Assembly (NCBI GenBank): GCA_031280235.1 | Contig: JAITHA010000052.1 | Span: forward strand, 13,237 to 77,236 | Direction of reading: 5' to 3' | Length of the DNA: 64,000 bases | Source: Puniceicoccales bacterium | GTDB taxonomy: Bacteria > Verrucomicrobiota > Verrucomicrobiia > Opitutales > UBA953 | Shown: positions 9,050 to 18,604 of the stretch, one piece after another | Numbering within the stretch: the first letter of the stretch is position 1 | Layout: each line of letters begins with the position of its first letter | Notes under the pieces: generated by a model | Databases searched by the model: none | Seen by the model: the letters and a program-made list of their open reading frames with translations, nothing else | Told to the model about the DNA's origin: nothing | Translations under genes and position numbers: made by a program

Positions 9050-10054
9050 ATGCCAAAAACACAAGAAATAGCCGCGACCGACAACGGAAAACAAACTCCA
9101 CGGTTTTCCATCCTGCTCCCCGTCGTCAAGACGAAGTACTTCAAGGAGGCTTTCGATAGCGCCACCAAGCAACACTTTGAAGATTACGAAATCGTCGTCC
9201 TGAACAACAAAGCCGATGCAGACATCGCTTGGGTCAAGGAAAACAAACGCGTACGATATTATGAAAATGAAGAACGCCTGCCTCTTGTGGAAAATATAAA
9301 CAAGGGAATCGCTTTGCTTAGCGGTGAATATGGCGTGATTCTTTCAGATGACGACATCTTTTGCGAAAATTTCCTCATAGAGACAGACAATTTCTTCCGA
9401 AAACATGATGTGGATATAGTACGAGTTCCAAGAAAAGAAATTAACGAATTCGGAGAGACTGTTGGTTTTGCCTGTCCCGCATTTTCAATCGAGAGTTTCG
9501 CCGAACATATCTACTACGAATGGCGATATTCCAGGGCACCGTGCCTTTCCGATTTTGCTTTTCGCCGAAAAGCTATTTTGGACGCGGGGGGACTTGATCG
9601 GCGCCTAGGGTGGAATATGGATTATTTGCTGGTGGCAAAGATTGCCGCACAGCGTAACAGGATAGGCAGTTTGAATAGCGTACAAATGCATTATCGCTTA
9701 TCTTCAATAAATAGTACAAATACAATGGGGGCGAAACGTTCCTTGATTCGTCTTTCTGGAGATTTTATTTTGTATGAGGAGATTCGAGGTCTTCTTGAAA
9801 AAACAAATGACGAATTTACTCCGCTTGCCATCGAAGAAAATGAGAAAAGAATCCTCCGGCTCAGACATTCATACTATGAATACGAGTATAGCACTGGCGG
9901 TTGGAGCGGAGTGCTTTATCTTCATCGGAACCTGCCTGCTGGCGCGCGCCGGAAGGATCTGGTGACATTCCTGCTGAAGCGAAGCCTCGGAACTTGCTTA
10001 AATGCCGTTTTGGCTTTCCCACGACGAATTCTTCGCCTTTTCAAATTCCATTAA
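9050..10054 (+). CDS. Glycosyltransferase family 2
   Basis: RFSILLPVVKTKYFKEAFDSATKQHFEDYEIVVLNNKADADI and ILSDDDIF. The start was set at ATG 9050; the upstream in-frame extension overlaps the OPT gene and looks spurious. Paralog of 4536-5474. Confidence 0.75.
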   Translation: MPKTQEIAATDNGKQTPRFSILLPVVKTKYFKEAFDSATKQHFEDYEIVVLNNKADADIAWVKENKRVRYYENEERLPLVENINKGIALLSGEYGVILSDDDIFCENFLIETDNFFRKHDVDIVRVPRKEINEFGETVGFACPAFSIESFAEHIYYEWRYSRAPCLSDFAFRRKAILDAGGLDRRLGWNMDYLLVAKIAAQRNRIGSLNSVQMHYRLSSINSTNTMGAKRSLIRLSGDFILYEEIRGLLEKTNDEFTPLAIEENEKRILRLRHSYYEYEYSTGGWSGVLYLHRNLPAGARRKDLVTFLLKRSLGTCLNAVLAFPRRILRLFKFH

Positions 10055-10060
10055 ACTGAC

Positions 10061-12190
10061 ATGGATGCTCCATTCTTTTCAGTAATTATCCCCGTCTATA
10101 ACGTAGAGCGATACCTCGCCTGTGCTGTGGATTCCGTCCTCGGGCAGGATTTTTCGGGAGACGCCGAAATCATCCTCGTGGATGACGGATCAACGGATAG
10201 CTCAGGAAAAATCTGCGACGACTATGCCGCACGTTATCCGCAGGTGAAAGTGTTTCATAAAAACAATGCCGGGCAGGCTATTGCACGCAATGTGGGGCTA
10301 AAAGTAGCCGAGGGCGAATACATCGTTTTCCTTGACAGTGATGATTGGTTGGAGCGTGATGCTTTTCGCGTTTTCCAAGAGGCGCTTCTGAAGCATTCCA
10401 AGGCAGATCTTCTCGGCTTTCTTTTTCAAAAAGTGAGTGAAAATGGCAATACACTTCTGTACCGTACTCCACTCTGGCGTTGCCCGGTGGAAAGCTCGGT
10501 GAATGTTCTCGAAATTGCCTCAAAGCTTGATTTGAGCATGTCCGTGTGCGCCTATGTTTACAAACATGAATTTCTTGCTCACGAACAGCTCTCCTTCGTC
10601 GAAGGTATTTTGCAGGAAGATGCCGAATTTGCGATACATGCTTTGCTTCTTGCCAAAGAAGGCGTCTTCTTGAACTACCATGGATACAACTATAGAACAC
10701 GCGCCGGATCGACCATGGAATGCAAAGGAGTCGCACACCTTCGGAAGCGTTTCGAGGATTACCTATTTATTTTTGGAAGCTTGAAGGAAAATGTGAAGAA
10801 ATTTGGAGAAAACTCCATCCAATATCTCGCGATGCGACGGCAATGCGGACAACTGGTTTTTGCATTTGCTTGGGAATTGTACTCAAAGCCCATTCCGGCA
10901 AGTGATGTCCGTAAATTTCTTGCGGCGCTCAAGGAAATGAATCTGCTTCCTTTGCCCTGTAATTTAGGGAGTCGCATTTATTCCCTTTGGGCTTGGTTCG
11001 TCAGCAGGAAACTTCCAGTTTTCTTTGTGCGTCTCCTCCAACGCTCGCTCTCGTGGTACACAGGTAGGAGGCAGAAAGGGAGAGGCATGGACCATCCGCA
11101 AGAAATAAAATCGGAAAATCCTCAGTTGGTGAGAACTGCGGCAGGTGCAAATGAAGAAAAACTGCAGCTCTTCTTAGCCTCCAATGAAGATTTTTTTGAA
11201 CATGCCTGTATTACAATACTCTCCGTGGTTTGTAATACTTGCTCTCCCGTTCACATTAATATTTTGACATCAAATCTATCCCCCAACGTGCAAAATCAGC
11301 TTGTTCTGCTGAATAAGATACGCCCTTTTTCCATTGACTTCATTCATGTTGACGAGAATATGTTCAAAGATTTCACGTCCAAGATAAAGCGAATTGGCAA
11401 GGCTGCTTTTTACCGCTTGGCCATAGCAGGTCTTCGTCCTGATCTGAAGAAGGCTATTTATCTTGATTCCGATATGATTATCAGGACAGACATTCGTACG
11501 CTTTGGGAAGAGGATATTCAAGACGTTTATGCGGGTGTCGTTGAAGATTTGATTCCGCGCGAGCAGATCTTATTCCCAAATGAACGCTATTTTAATGCAG
11601 GAGTTCTATTGTTGAATCTTGAGCGCATACGCCGGGATTTTTCAATCGAGCGTTTTGTTGAAATTGATCGGGAAAATCCTGGGATTTTGAGATACCAAGA
11701 TCAAGATATTCTGAATATCGCCTGGTCTGGACGGGTTAAGTATTTGGATTTTCGTTGGAACGTAGGCGCAGCTTGTTTTATGAAACTCCCGCAAGAACAT
11801 AGAAGCAAAGAAGCAGAAATCAAGAGGGCCTGCATGGACGCAAGAATAGTTCATTTCACCGGGATGCACAAACCTTGGATTTATCCCGCCAGCGAGTTTC
11901 CAGAAGCCTATGTTTATGAGTATTTCAAATATTGGCAGATTTTTGAACCAAATAAGCGCATAGTAGCGCCAATTTTCCAAAGGGCTTGCTTGCTGATGTG
12001 GCGCAATCATATTCTCGACATTCTACGCGTGTTCAAGAGAAATCCATTCGGTCTTTTCTTAGCCGAACAGCGGGCTGTTATATTGAGACTCAACCGAGAC
12101 TTTTGCCACACTATGAAGCGATTGCGTAGAATGCGGGAAAAACTATGTTTGTCCAAAAAGAGGGACTTATCCACAGATCATATCAATTAA
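10061..12190 (+). CDS. Two-domain glycosyltransferase: N-terminal GT2 fused to C-terminal GT8
   Basis: The N-terminal domain has FSVIIPVYNVERYL...VDDGSTD...FLDSDDWL (GT2). The C-terminal domain has YLDSDMIIRTD, FNAGVLLLNL, DQDILN and HFTGMHKPW (GT8, RfaJ/LgtC-like). Confidence 0.8.
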   Translation: MDAPFFSVIIPVYNVERYLACAVDSVLGQDFSGDAEIILVDDGSTDSSGKICDDYAARYPQVKVFHKNNAGQAIARNVGLKVAEGEYIVFLDSDDWLERDAFRVFQEALLKHSKADLLGFLFQKVSENGNTLLYRTPLWRCPVESSVNVLEIASKLDLSMSVCAYVYKHEFLAHEQLSFVEGILQEDAEFAIHALLLAKEGVFLNYHGYNYRTRAGSTMECKGVAHLRKRFEDYLFIFGSLKENVKKFGENSIQYLAMRRQCGQLVFAFAWELYSKPIPASDVRKFLAALKEMNLLPLPCNLGSRIYSLWAWFVSRKLPVFFVRLLQRSLSWYTGRRQKGRGMDHPQEIKSENPQLVRTAAGANEEKLQLFLASNEDFFEHACITILSVVCNTCSPVHINILTSNLSPNVQNQLVLLNKIRPFSIDFIHVDENMFKDFTSKIKRIGKAAFYRLAIAGLRPDLKKAIYLDSDMIIRTDIRTLWEEDIQDVYAGVVEDLIPREQILFPNERYFNAGVLLLNLERIRRDFSIERFVEIDRENPGILRYQDQDILNIAWSGRVKYLDFRWNVGAACFMKLPQEHRSKEAEIKRACMDARIVHFTGMHKPWIYPASEFPEAYVYEYFKYWQIFEPNKRIVAPIFQRACLLMWRNHILDILRVFKRNPFGLFLAEQRAVILRLNRDFCHTMKRLRRMREKLCLSKKRDLSTDHIN

Positions 12191-12457
12191 GGCTGATTAT
12201 GGAGTGCGAGATTTATAATCCCGCTTTCTCGCGAGGGATTCACCCCCCGCGAATTCCACACTGCGCTGATACGCCTTCGCAAAACGGCGATCTCATCAGG
12301 AAATATCACACCAAAGGACCTTATAACAGAGGACGCATCTCGTTTTGGACAGTGGGGGCGATCGCACAGTTTGGGTCGGAAAATTTGTGGATAGAGCACC
12401 CTTGCAATCTCAATTTTGTTTAACTACACGCACTCTTCCTCGTAGGACATTTTTGTT

Positions 12458-13456
12458 ATGCATTCCACTTTGCCGGTAATTTCTATCATTGTGCCTGTTT
12501 ATGGAGCCGAGAATTTTCTCGACCGCTGCATAGTTAGCGTTTTAGACCAAACATTTGCAGGCTTCGAGCTTCTGTTGGTCGACGATGGTTCTCCCGACGA
12601 ATCTGGCGAAATTTGCGAAGACTATGCACGGAAAGATAAGCGCATCCGTGTTTTTCACAAGGAAAATGGCGGCGTCTCTTCAGCGCGCAATCTTGGCTTG
12701 AACGAGGCGCGTGGAGAATGGATTACTTTTCTTGATGCCGATGATTGGCTTGATTCCGATTATATTGAAAAATTCCTCGCCTCACCGGATCTGAAAAAAG
12801 ATGCCTTGTTGTTTCAAGGCTACAAAAAACAGGGAAGGGTGGGCACAAAAGGGTTTCCACTACGCAAGGCTGGAGCGCGCACCCTAGTCGAAAATAATTT
12901 GCTGCTTTGTTGGAATACTTGGGGAAAATGCTACAACCGTGAGATTGTTTGTAAACTTGGCTTGTGCTTTGATCCGCGTTTATCCCTCGGAGAGGATGCC
13001 GTCTTTCTTTTCAAATATCTCTCGCAAGTTTCTCGGCTCGATATTGTGGAAGGCAACGCATACAACTATCGCGATACTGAGGGTTCGCTCTCCAAGAGGG
13101 CACTTTCGTGGGAAGACCATGCGCTGGGTTCTTCGGCCATCTGTGAAGCAGCGATTCCCCAAGTGCGCCGTTTATTGTCGCGCGAATTTTGCCATTGCAT
13201 GAGAGTTCTAAATCTCCTTGGTTTCGAACAGTTTGCGTTGCGCCTTGGGACGCTTTACTCGAGCCCGCGTGACAAAAGCGAACGTGTGGCAATTCTACGA
13301 AAGACTTTTGGGCCACGTTGGCGCTTACTCTCAAAGTGCCAGCCTTTATTCTCAAAAAAAAGAAAAATGACTGTCATTTGGTTACTTCTCATATTTCTTC
13401 CATATACGTGGACGGATTTCCTGCTTGAAAAAACATTGAGCGTCCGCGCTAACTAA
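12458..13456 (+). CDS. Glycosyltransferase family 2
   Basis: ISIIVPVYGAENFL...LLVDDGSPDESGEIC...FLDADDWL. Confidence 0.8.
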   Translation: MHSTLPVISIIVPVYGAENFLDRCIVSVLDQTFAGFELLLVDDGSPDESGEICEDYARKDKRIRVFHKENGGVSSARNLGLNEARGEWITFLDADDWLDSDYIEKFLASPDLKKDALLFQGYKKQGRVGTKGFPLRKAGARTLVENNLLLCWNTWGKCYNREIVCKLGLCFDPRLSLGEDAVFLFKYLSQVSRLDIVEGNAYNYRDTEGSLSKRALSWEDHALGSSAICEAAIPQVRRLLSREFCHCMRVLNLLGFEQFALRLGTLYSSPRDKSERVAILRKTFGPRWRLLSKCQPLFSKKRKMTVIWLLLIFLPYTWTDFLLEKTLSVRAN

Positions 13457-13490
13457 CCTCTACCGTAAACCATGTTTCCCCCCTGTCGCT

Positions 13491-14468
13491 ATGCCTGAAA
13501 TAACAGTCATTGTCCCCGTGTATAATGTCGAGAAATATCTCGCTGAATGCTTGGACACTCTTGTCGCGCAAGATTTCGATGATTACGAACTTGTGGTTGT
13601 CAACGATGGCTCGACGGACGCGTCACCACTCATCTGCAGGGAGTACTGCACTCGTTTTCCAGAGCGCCTTCGCCTGTTTGAACAAGAGAACAAGGGCTTG
13701 TCCGCAGCGCGCAATCTCGGCTTAAACCAAGCACGAGGGAAATATGTTTGTTTTGTGGATTCCGATGACTGGGTTTCTCCGGGCTTTTTGAAGAAATTTC
13801 ATACGAAAGCATTGGAAGAAGACGCCGGGATTGTTGTCTGTGCCTATCGCGCGCATTACATCGATGGCACGAAGTCTGACTTTCTGGGCGCGGATAAAGT
13901 TGGGAGCGATCTTCGCCGCCAACTCATGCTGGGCCAGACTTTTGCCTGCAATAAGTTTTTTCTCCGGGAACTTTTTGACGACCCAGATGTACGCTTTATT
14001 GAGGGCATTTGCTACGAAGATCTTGGAACCATTCCCTTGTTGTTGGCACGTGTAGAAAAAGTGGCTGTGATCGACGATCCCATTTATCACTATCGCATTG
14101 GGCGACCGGGCGCGATAACTGTTTTTAACGACGAACGCATTTTGCACGTTCTTATTTCCCTCCAGCGCTTGCTGGATTTCATGTCGAAAGAATTTTTGCC
14201 CGAATTGGAATGGATTGCCATTCGGACTTGCATTTATAATTACTGGCGCCTCCGTAAGCATCCCAATGGGCGCCAATTTCAGCGGCGCATCCGCAGGTTT
14301 CTTTTCGAAAAATTCCCCAAGTGGAAAAAAAATACTTATTTTAAAAACCACAAACAATGGCGGTTTTGTCTGAAAGCGATGCTCTTGAGCTGGGATTTGA
14401 TGAAGCTCGCGCCCCAATCTGGTGGCAGAAAACAATTTCCCTCATGCGAACAGGACAAGCAACAATAA
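13491..14468 (+). CDS. Glycosyltransferase family 2
   Basis: ITVIVPVYNVEKYL...VVVNDGSTDASP...FVDSDDWV. Confidence 0.8.
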   Translation: MPEITVIVPVYNVEKYLAECLDTLVAQDFDDYELVVVNDGSTDASPLICREYCTRFPERLRLFEQENKGLSAARNLGLNQARGKYVCFVDSDDWVSPGFLKKFHTKALEEDAGIVVCAYRAHYIDGTKSDFLGADKVGSDLRRQLMLGQTFACNKFFLRELFDDPDVRFIEGICYEDLGTIPLLLARVEKVAVIDDPIYHYRIGRPGAITVFNDERILHVLISLQRLLDFMSKEFLPELEWIAIRTCIYNYWRLRKHPNGRQFQRRIRRFLFEKFPKWKKNTYFKNHKQWRFCLKAMLLSWDLMKLAPQSGGRKQFPSCEQDKQQ

Positions 14469-14494
14469 AACAAATAAAAACGCAGGAAAACACT

Positions 14495-16165
14495 ATGAAC
14501 AAAAACACAATCCGAGATGAAATCATCGCCTATTTCGAGGCGATAAAAACCGGTCTAAATTGCGTTAAAAACTATTGGAAAGATCTTGTCTTTTCATTTT
14601 ACGCTTCCTTGTCTCCTGGGGCGAAAATAGGTTTCACGCTGTTTAACCTGTTTTTGTCTCTCTATCTCAGCGCTGTCATTTGCGGGACCACACATCCTTC
14701 GACATATCCCAAGCTTACTTTTTTCTCAATGGGGATGATTTTTGTTTTCGCCTTCGTTTTTTCGTTTAATTTGATTATTCTTTTTTGCTCCAAGAGCGGC
14801 GTTTTCAATATAAGTCGACAAAATCCGTCGCCTGCCCAAGGCAAAATACAATTTGGAACGTTTGCCTTTTTTGCGATCGCTTGTTTTCTTCTTTTATTTC
14901 TCGTCTTGCTGGCGAATTTCCCTGGTGGCACCGCCCCGGATACCGAACACCAATGGAAGCAGGTTCAGACGTTCATCTTTGACGATTGGCACCCAGCCAT
15001 ACACACATTGTTTATCTGGGTCGTAACGAAGCTTGTCAACCATGTCGCTTTTGTCGTATTTATTCAGATAGCCATATTCAGCTTTGGGGTCGGGTACCTT
15101 GCTGCGACAATGGAGAGAAGAGGTTTCTCCAAGCGCCTTGTTTTATTTTCGGCTGCCTTTATCATTTTGAACCCTTTCACCTTGAATCTTATGATGTATC
15201 CTCTCAAGGATTTGGCGTTTACCATATTGGTGACATATTCTGCGACGTGGCTCATAAACATTTATCTTTCCCGTGGGGCGTGGCTTAAGAAATACGGCAA
15301 TCTTATTCTCTTTGCAGTTGTGCTGGGAATTGCCAGCAAAATCAGGCACAACGGCATATTCTTCACGATCCCATTGCTCTTGCTCATACCCATTTGCTAC
15401 TCCCGGCAAACAAAAAAGGCTCTCCTCGTCCCCATACTGGCGGTAGTTGTTATTCTTGGCATCCGCGGCCCCTTATACACTGCTTTGGGGGTTAAATTCG
15501 TGCCCAATACGGTTGGAGAATCGGTAGGCATTCCTATGACAATTATGGCCGATGTTTTGGTTAAAAATCCAGAACGCTTGACAGCGGAGACCAAGGCGTT
15601 TTTAAACAGAATTGCGGGTGATGAGGAGTGGCTCAGGAAATACTCCCGAGGTGAGTATAATTCCATCAAATATGTCCTTAACGCCCCGCGCGTGGTCGAC
15701 ACAGTCCCAGCTAATGAAATAATGAAGATGACAGTAGATACCATAAGAAATGACCCAAGGAACTCGCTGGAGGCTATTCGTGAGGTTACTTCCTCTGTTT
15801 GGGGATTGGATGGTCGCGTTGATATGATAGAGATTCCAGAACCGTTGGACTCTCAGAGACATATTATTTCGCGCCTGTTGAATTATGCCTTTAAATCGTA
15901 CAGTAGTGCGATCGTAGCGATAGCCCCATTGATCTATGCTTTTACAAAAACTGGCTGGCAGATGCTTGCCTTGCTATTAATTGGCATTCTTTCGTTTTAT
16001 CGAAACGGTGTAGCCGCACTCTTATTTGTCGTGCCAGCGGTGGCCTATAATTTAGGAACGATGTTATTTCTTGCTGGTACTGACATCCGTTATTTCCATT
16101 TTAATGCAGTCATCGTGGTCCCTTTCATCCTTGTGCTATTGGCACGGAAAGAGGCGAAAACGTAA
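14495..16165 (+). CDS. Large polytopic membrane protein, possible GT-C-fold glycosyltransferase or second polymerase
   Basis: 556 aa with many predicted TM helices. The first large loop carries an acidic motif followed by HP (FDDWHPAIHTLFIW). A soluble-looking segment of about 120 aa sits between TM blocks. The start was set at ATG 14495, just after the preceding stop. Confidence 0.4.
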   Translation: MNKNTIRDEIIAYFEAIKTGLNCVKNYWKDLVFSFYASLSPGAKIGFTLFNLFLSLYLSAVICGTTHPSTYPKLTFFSMGMIFVFAFVFSFNLIILFCSKSGVFNISRQNPSPAQGKIQFGTFAFFAIACFLLLFLVLLANFPGGTAPDTEHQWKQVQTFIFDDWHPAIHTLFIWVVTKLVNHVAFVVFIQIAIFSFGVGYLAATMERRGFSKRLVLFSAAFIILNPFTLNLMMYPLKDLAFTILVTYSATWLINIYLSRGAWLKKYGNLILFAVVLGIASKIRHNGIFFTIPLLLLIPICYSRQTKKALLVPILAVVVILGIRGPLYTALGVKFVPNTVGESVGIPMTIMADVLVKNPERLTAETKAFLNRIAGDEEWLRKYSRGEYNSIKYVLNAPRVVDTVPANEIMKMTVDTIRNDPRNSLEAIREVTSSVWGLDGRVDMIEIPEPLDSQRHIISRLLNYAFKSYSSAIVAIAPLIYAFTKTGWQMLALLLIGILSFYRNGVAALLFVVPAVAYNLGTMLFLAGTDIRYFHFNAVIVVPFILVLLARKEAKT

Positions 16166-16253
16166 GATGCGAAAACAGTTGGCACAATGGAATCTGTGAA
16201 ATTGGTGGATAAAACACTCGTGCACTCAGCGCTCACCGCTCTATCATAAAGCT

Positions 16254-18464
16254 ATGACTTTCATGCAGACTAAAACTGAAAACAAAGACAATTTGCCGTG
16301 CAAAACGCAAATTGGTAATTCGTTGCCTGCTGAGCACGAGAACATCCCTGCGTTGGATGGACTTCGTGCGGTGGCTGTCACCGGGGTTATCCTTGGGCAC
16401 ATCAACGAAGCTTGGCTGCCCGGAGGTTTTATGGGCGTCGATGTCTTTTTTGTGCTTTCGGGTTTTCTTATCGCCAGCATCATCCACAAAGATTTGCATC
16501 AAAATACATTTTCTTTCCGGCAATTTTATCAGCGCCGCATCCAAAGACTTTTGCCTAATGCGGCGCTGGCTGTGCTTGTGACACTCGTTTTTATCTGGCT
16601 CATAGGGTTCCAGCGGATGGAAACGCTTTCGGCGCGACACGCTGCTTGGACGCTTCTAAATTTTTCCAATATCTTTGCCTATCAAAATCTGGGTGATTAC
16701 TGGGGAATCGGAGCTGAGAATTCGCCATTCACGCACTTTTGGTCGCTTGGGATAGAGGAACAATTTTATTTTTTATTTCCCTTGGGAATTTTTCTTCTTT
16801 ACAAGATTTTTTATCGGTACTCTGGTGTCAAACTCGCGTTGATATTTTTTGGCGTTTTGGGCGTGCTTTCTTTTTTGCTGGGTTTTTGGCAAAGCTTTAG
16901 AAACCCAGTTCCAGCCTTTTATTTACCGCCTTTCCGATTTTGGGAATTATTTGTGGGTGTGGTACTCGCCTTGTTTATCCAACCATTTATTCCCAAAAGA
17001 TCTGCGCAGGGAAAATCGCTCATAAAGACAGTTTTTGCCTTGCTTGGCCTCGCAGTATTGTCAGTTGTGTATTTTTTCTATGACGACATGTTTCCTTTCC
17101 CTGGATGGATTGCTGCCGTACCCGTTATTGCGAGTGGTTTGGTGATTCTTTCGGTTACGACAGGCAAAAGCATTGTTTCGCGTCTGCTTTCATTCCGCCC
17201 TATAGTGCAGATTGGAAAATATTCTTATTCGCTATACCTTTGGCACTGGCCAGCAATAATTTTAGCAAAATTTTCACTCCCATTTGAAGATTTGGAGATA
17301 AATGTTCTTATTGGTGCCGTCGCGGGAATTATTCTATCGATATTGGCTTATTACTTTGTGGAGAGACCGTTGCGCATTCGTAGTGGTACTGGAAATGTTG
17401 GGAAACGGCGTTATGTGACGACGGCTTTGCTATTTAGCCTTGCGATGGGCGCTTCCTTTGCGACGATGGAAAAATATGAATCCAGGAAAGTTGCTGAAGA
17501 ACTCGCAATCAAAGGAATGAAGGAAAAACTTGAGTTTGCGCCGATACGCTATTCGGGCGAGTTGTATGAACTGCGCGACGGTGCGCGAGCGGAGCCGGTT
17601 GTCTTGGAAGGAAAGCGGAAAAATGTTTTTTGGGCGACAGGCACTGGCAAACGCGTAAACGATGTCCAATTTTTGAGATTCATCGGACCATTACCCAAAA
17701 CATCCCTTGCGCATTCTGTTATAGAGAAGAATTTTGGTGCTCCCGATGCCTTGCGAGTTATGCTGGTGGGCGATTCACACGCGCAGATGTATGGGCTCAG
17801 TATTGAGGAGATTGCAGTGAGCAGGAAGTTAAATGTGCGTTTTGATACTCGCACAGGCACGAGGCTTTTTGAGTTAAAGAAAAGAACGCGGGCCATAGCG
17901 GAGAATATAGCGGTATGGAAACCGGACATTCTTATTTTTGCGGAACGTTGGGATCTTTACAGGCCGCATTTGTTGAAAAGAAAACTATCAGAGCTTATGC
18001 AAGAGATTCAACCGCATGTGTCCACGGTACTTTTAGTCGCGCAAGTTCCTGTCTGTGAATATGGGCAAAATGAAAATCTCCGTGAAAGAATCAATTTACT
18101 TTCCATTAAGGAGGACTCTACAACTCCGAAAATGTTGCAGGATAAAAAGGAAGGGATTCGTCGAAAGAATCTTGCGATCCTCGAAGAAATTACTCAGACA
18201 TTTCCTGTCAGTTCATTGATACGCGCCGACCGCTTTTTTACTAGGCCAGACGGTTCAGTGCTTTATGCAGAGGGCGGGAATTTTTATTATCAGGATAACA
18301 ATCATCTTGCGATGGATGGCGTAAATCTCGTCAGGCCATTATTCGAAGACGCCATAGACAAGTTCATCGAACCCAAAAAGAAAACATCAGCGCAGGGGGA
18401 GGAGGAATTTGCAGGGGATCAATCCCCTGCTGAGAAAGCGGGATTAAAATCCCGCACTCCATAA
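16254..18464 (+). CDS. OafA-type O-acyltransferase: acyltransferase-3 (AT3) membrane domain fused to SGNH domain
   Basis: The N-terminus has ALDGLRAVAVTGVILGH...VDVFFVLSGFLI...FWSLGIEEQFY (AT3). The C-terminus has MLVGDSHA (block I GDS) and DNNHL (DxxH), i.e. SGNH. The alternative start ATG 16263 matches the paralog N-terminus MQTK. Confidence 0.8.
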   Translation: MTFMQTKTENKDNLPCKTQIGNSLPAEHENIPALDGLRAVAVTGVILGHINEAWLPGGFMGVDVFFVLSGFLIASIIHKDLHQNTFSFRQFYQRRIQRLLPNAALAVLVTLVFIWLIGFQRMETLSARHAAWTLLNFSNIFAYQNLGDYWGIGAENSPFTHFWSLGIEEQFYFLFPLGIFLLYKIFYRYSGVKLALIFFGVLGVLSFLLGFWQSFRNPVPAFYLPPFRFWELFVGVVLALFIQPFIPKRSAQGKSLIKTVFALLGLAVLSVVYFFYDDMFPFPGWIAAVPVIASGLVILSVTTGKSIVSRLLSFRPIVQIGKYSYSLYLWHWPAIILAKFSLPFEDLEINVLIGAVAGIILSILAYYFVERPLRIRSGTGNVGKRRYVTTALLFSLAMGASFATMEKYESRKVAEELAIKGMKEKLEFAPIRYSGELYELRDGARAEPVVLEGKRKNVFWATGTGKRVNDVQFLRFIGPLPKTSLAHSVIEKNFGAPDALRVMLVGDSHAQMYGLSIEEIAVSRKLNVRFDTRTGTRLFELKKRTRAIAENIAVWKPDILIFAERWDLYRPHLLKRKLSELMQEIQPHVSTVLLVAQVPVCEYGQNENLRERINLLSIKEDSTTPKMLQDKKEGIRRKNLAILEEITQTFPVSSLIRADRFFTRPDGSVLYAEGGNFYYQDNNHLAMDGVNLVRPLFEDAIDKFIEPKKKTSAQGEEEFAGDQSPAEKAGLKSRTP

Positions 18465-18604
18465 CGGGACGCGTCTTCTTTTCAAACAGTCTTTATTGAA
18501 GGCAAAAACAAATCTCTGGCAAAATTTAATTTGACAAAAGACGAAGGAGTATAGAAATGAGGGATACAAAATTTCATTTTTCCTCCTTCTAAAACCGATT
18601 TTTT

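Noticed and set aside
12145-12423. 92-aa ORF and an imperfect inverted repeat (about 12214-12240) in the 267-bp gap between the GT2-GT8 gene and the next GT2
   Set aside because: The ORF overlaps the end of the upstream gene and has no motif or coding-like periodicity. The hairpin is short, bulged and not followed by a T-run, so I do not call a terminator or a gene.
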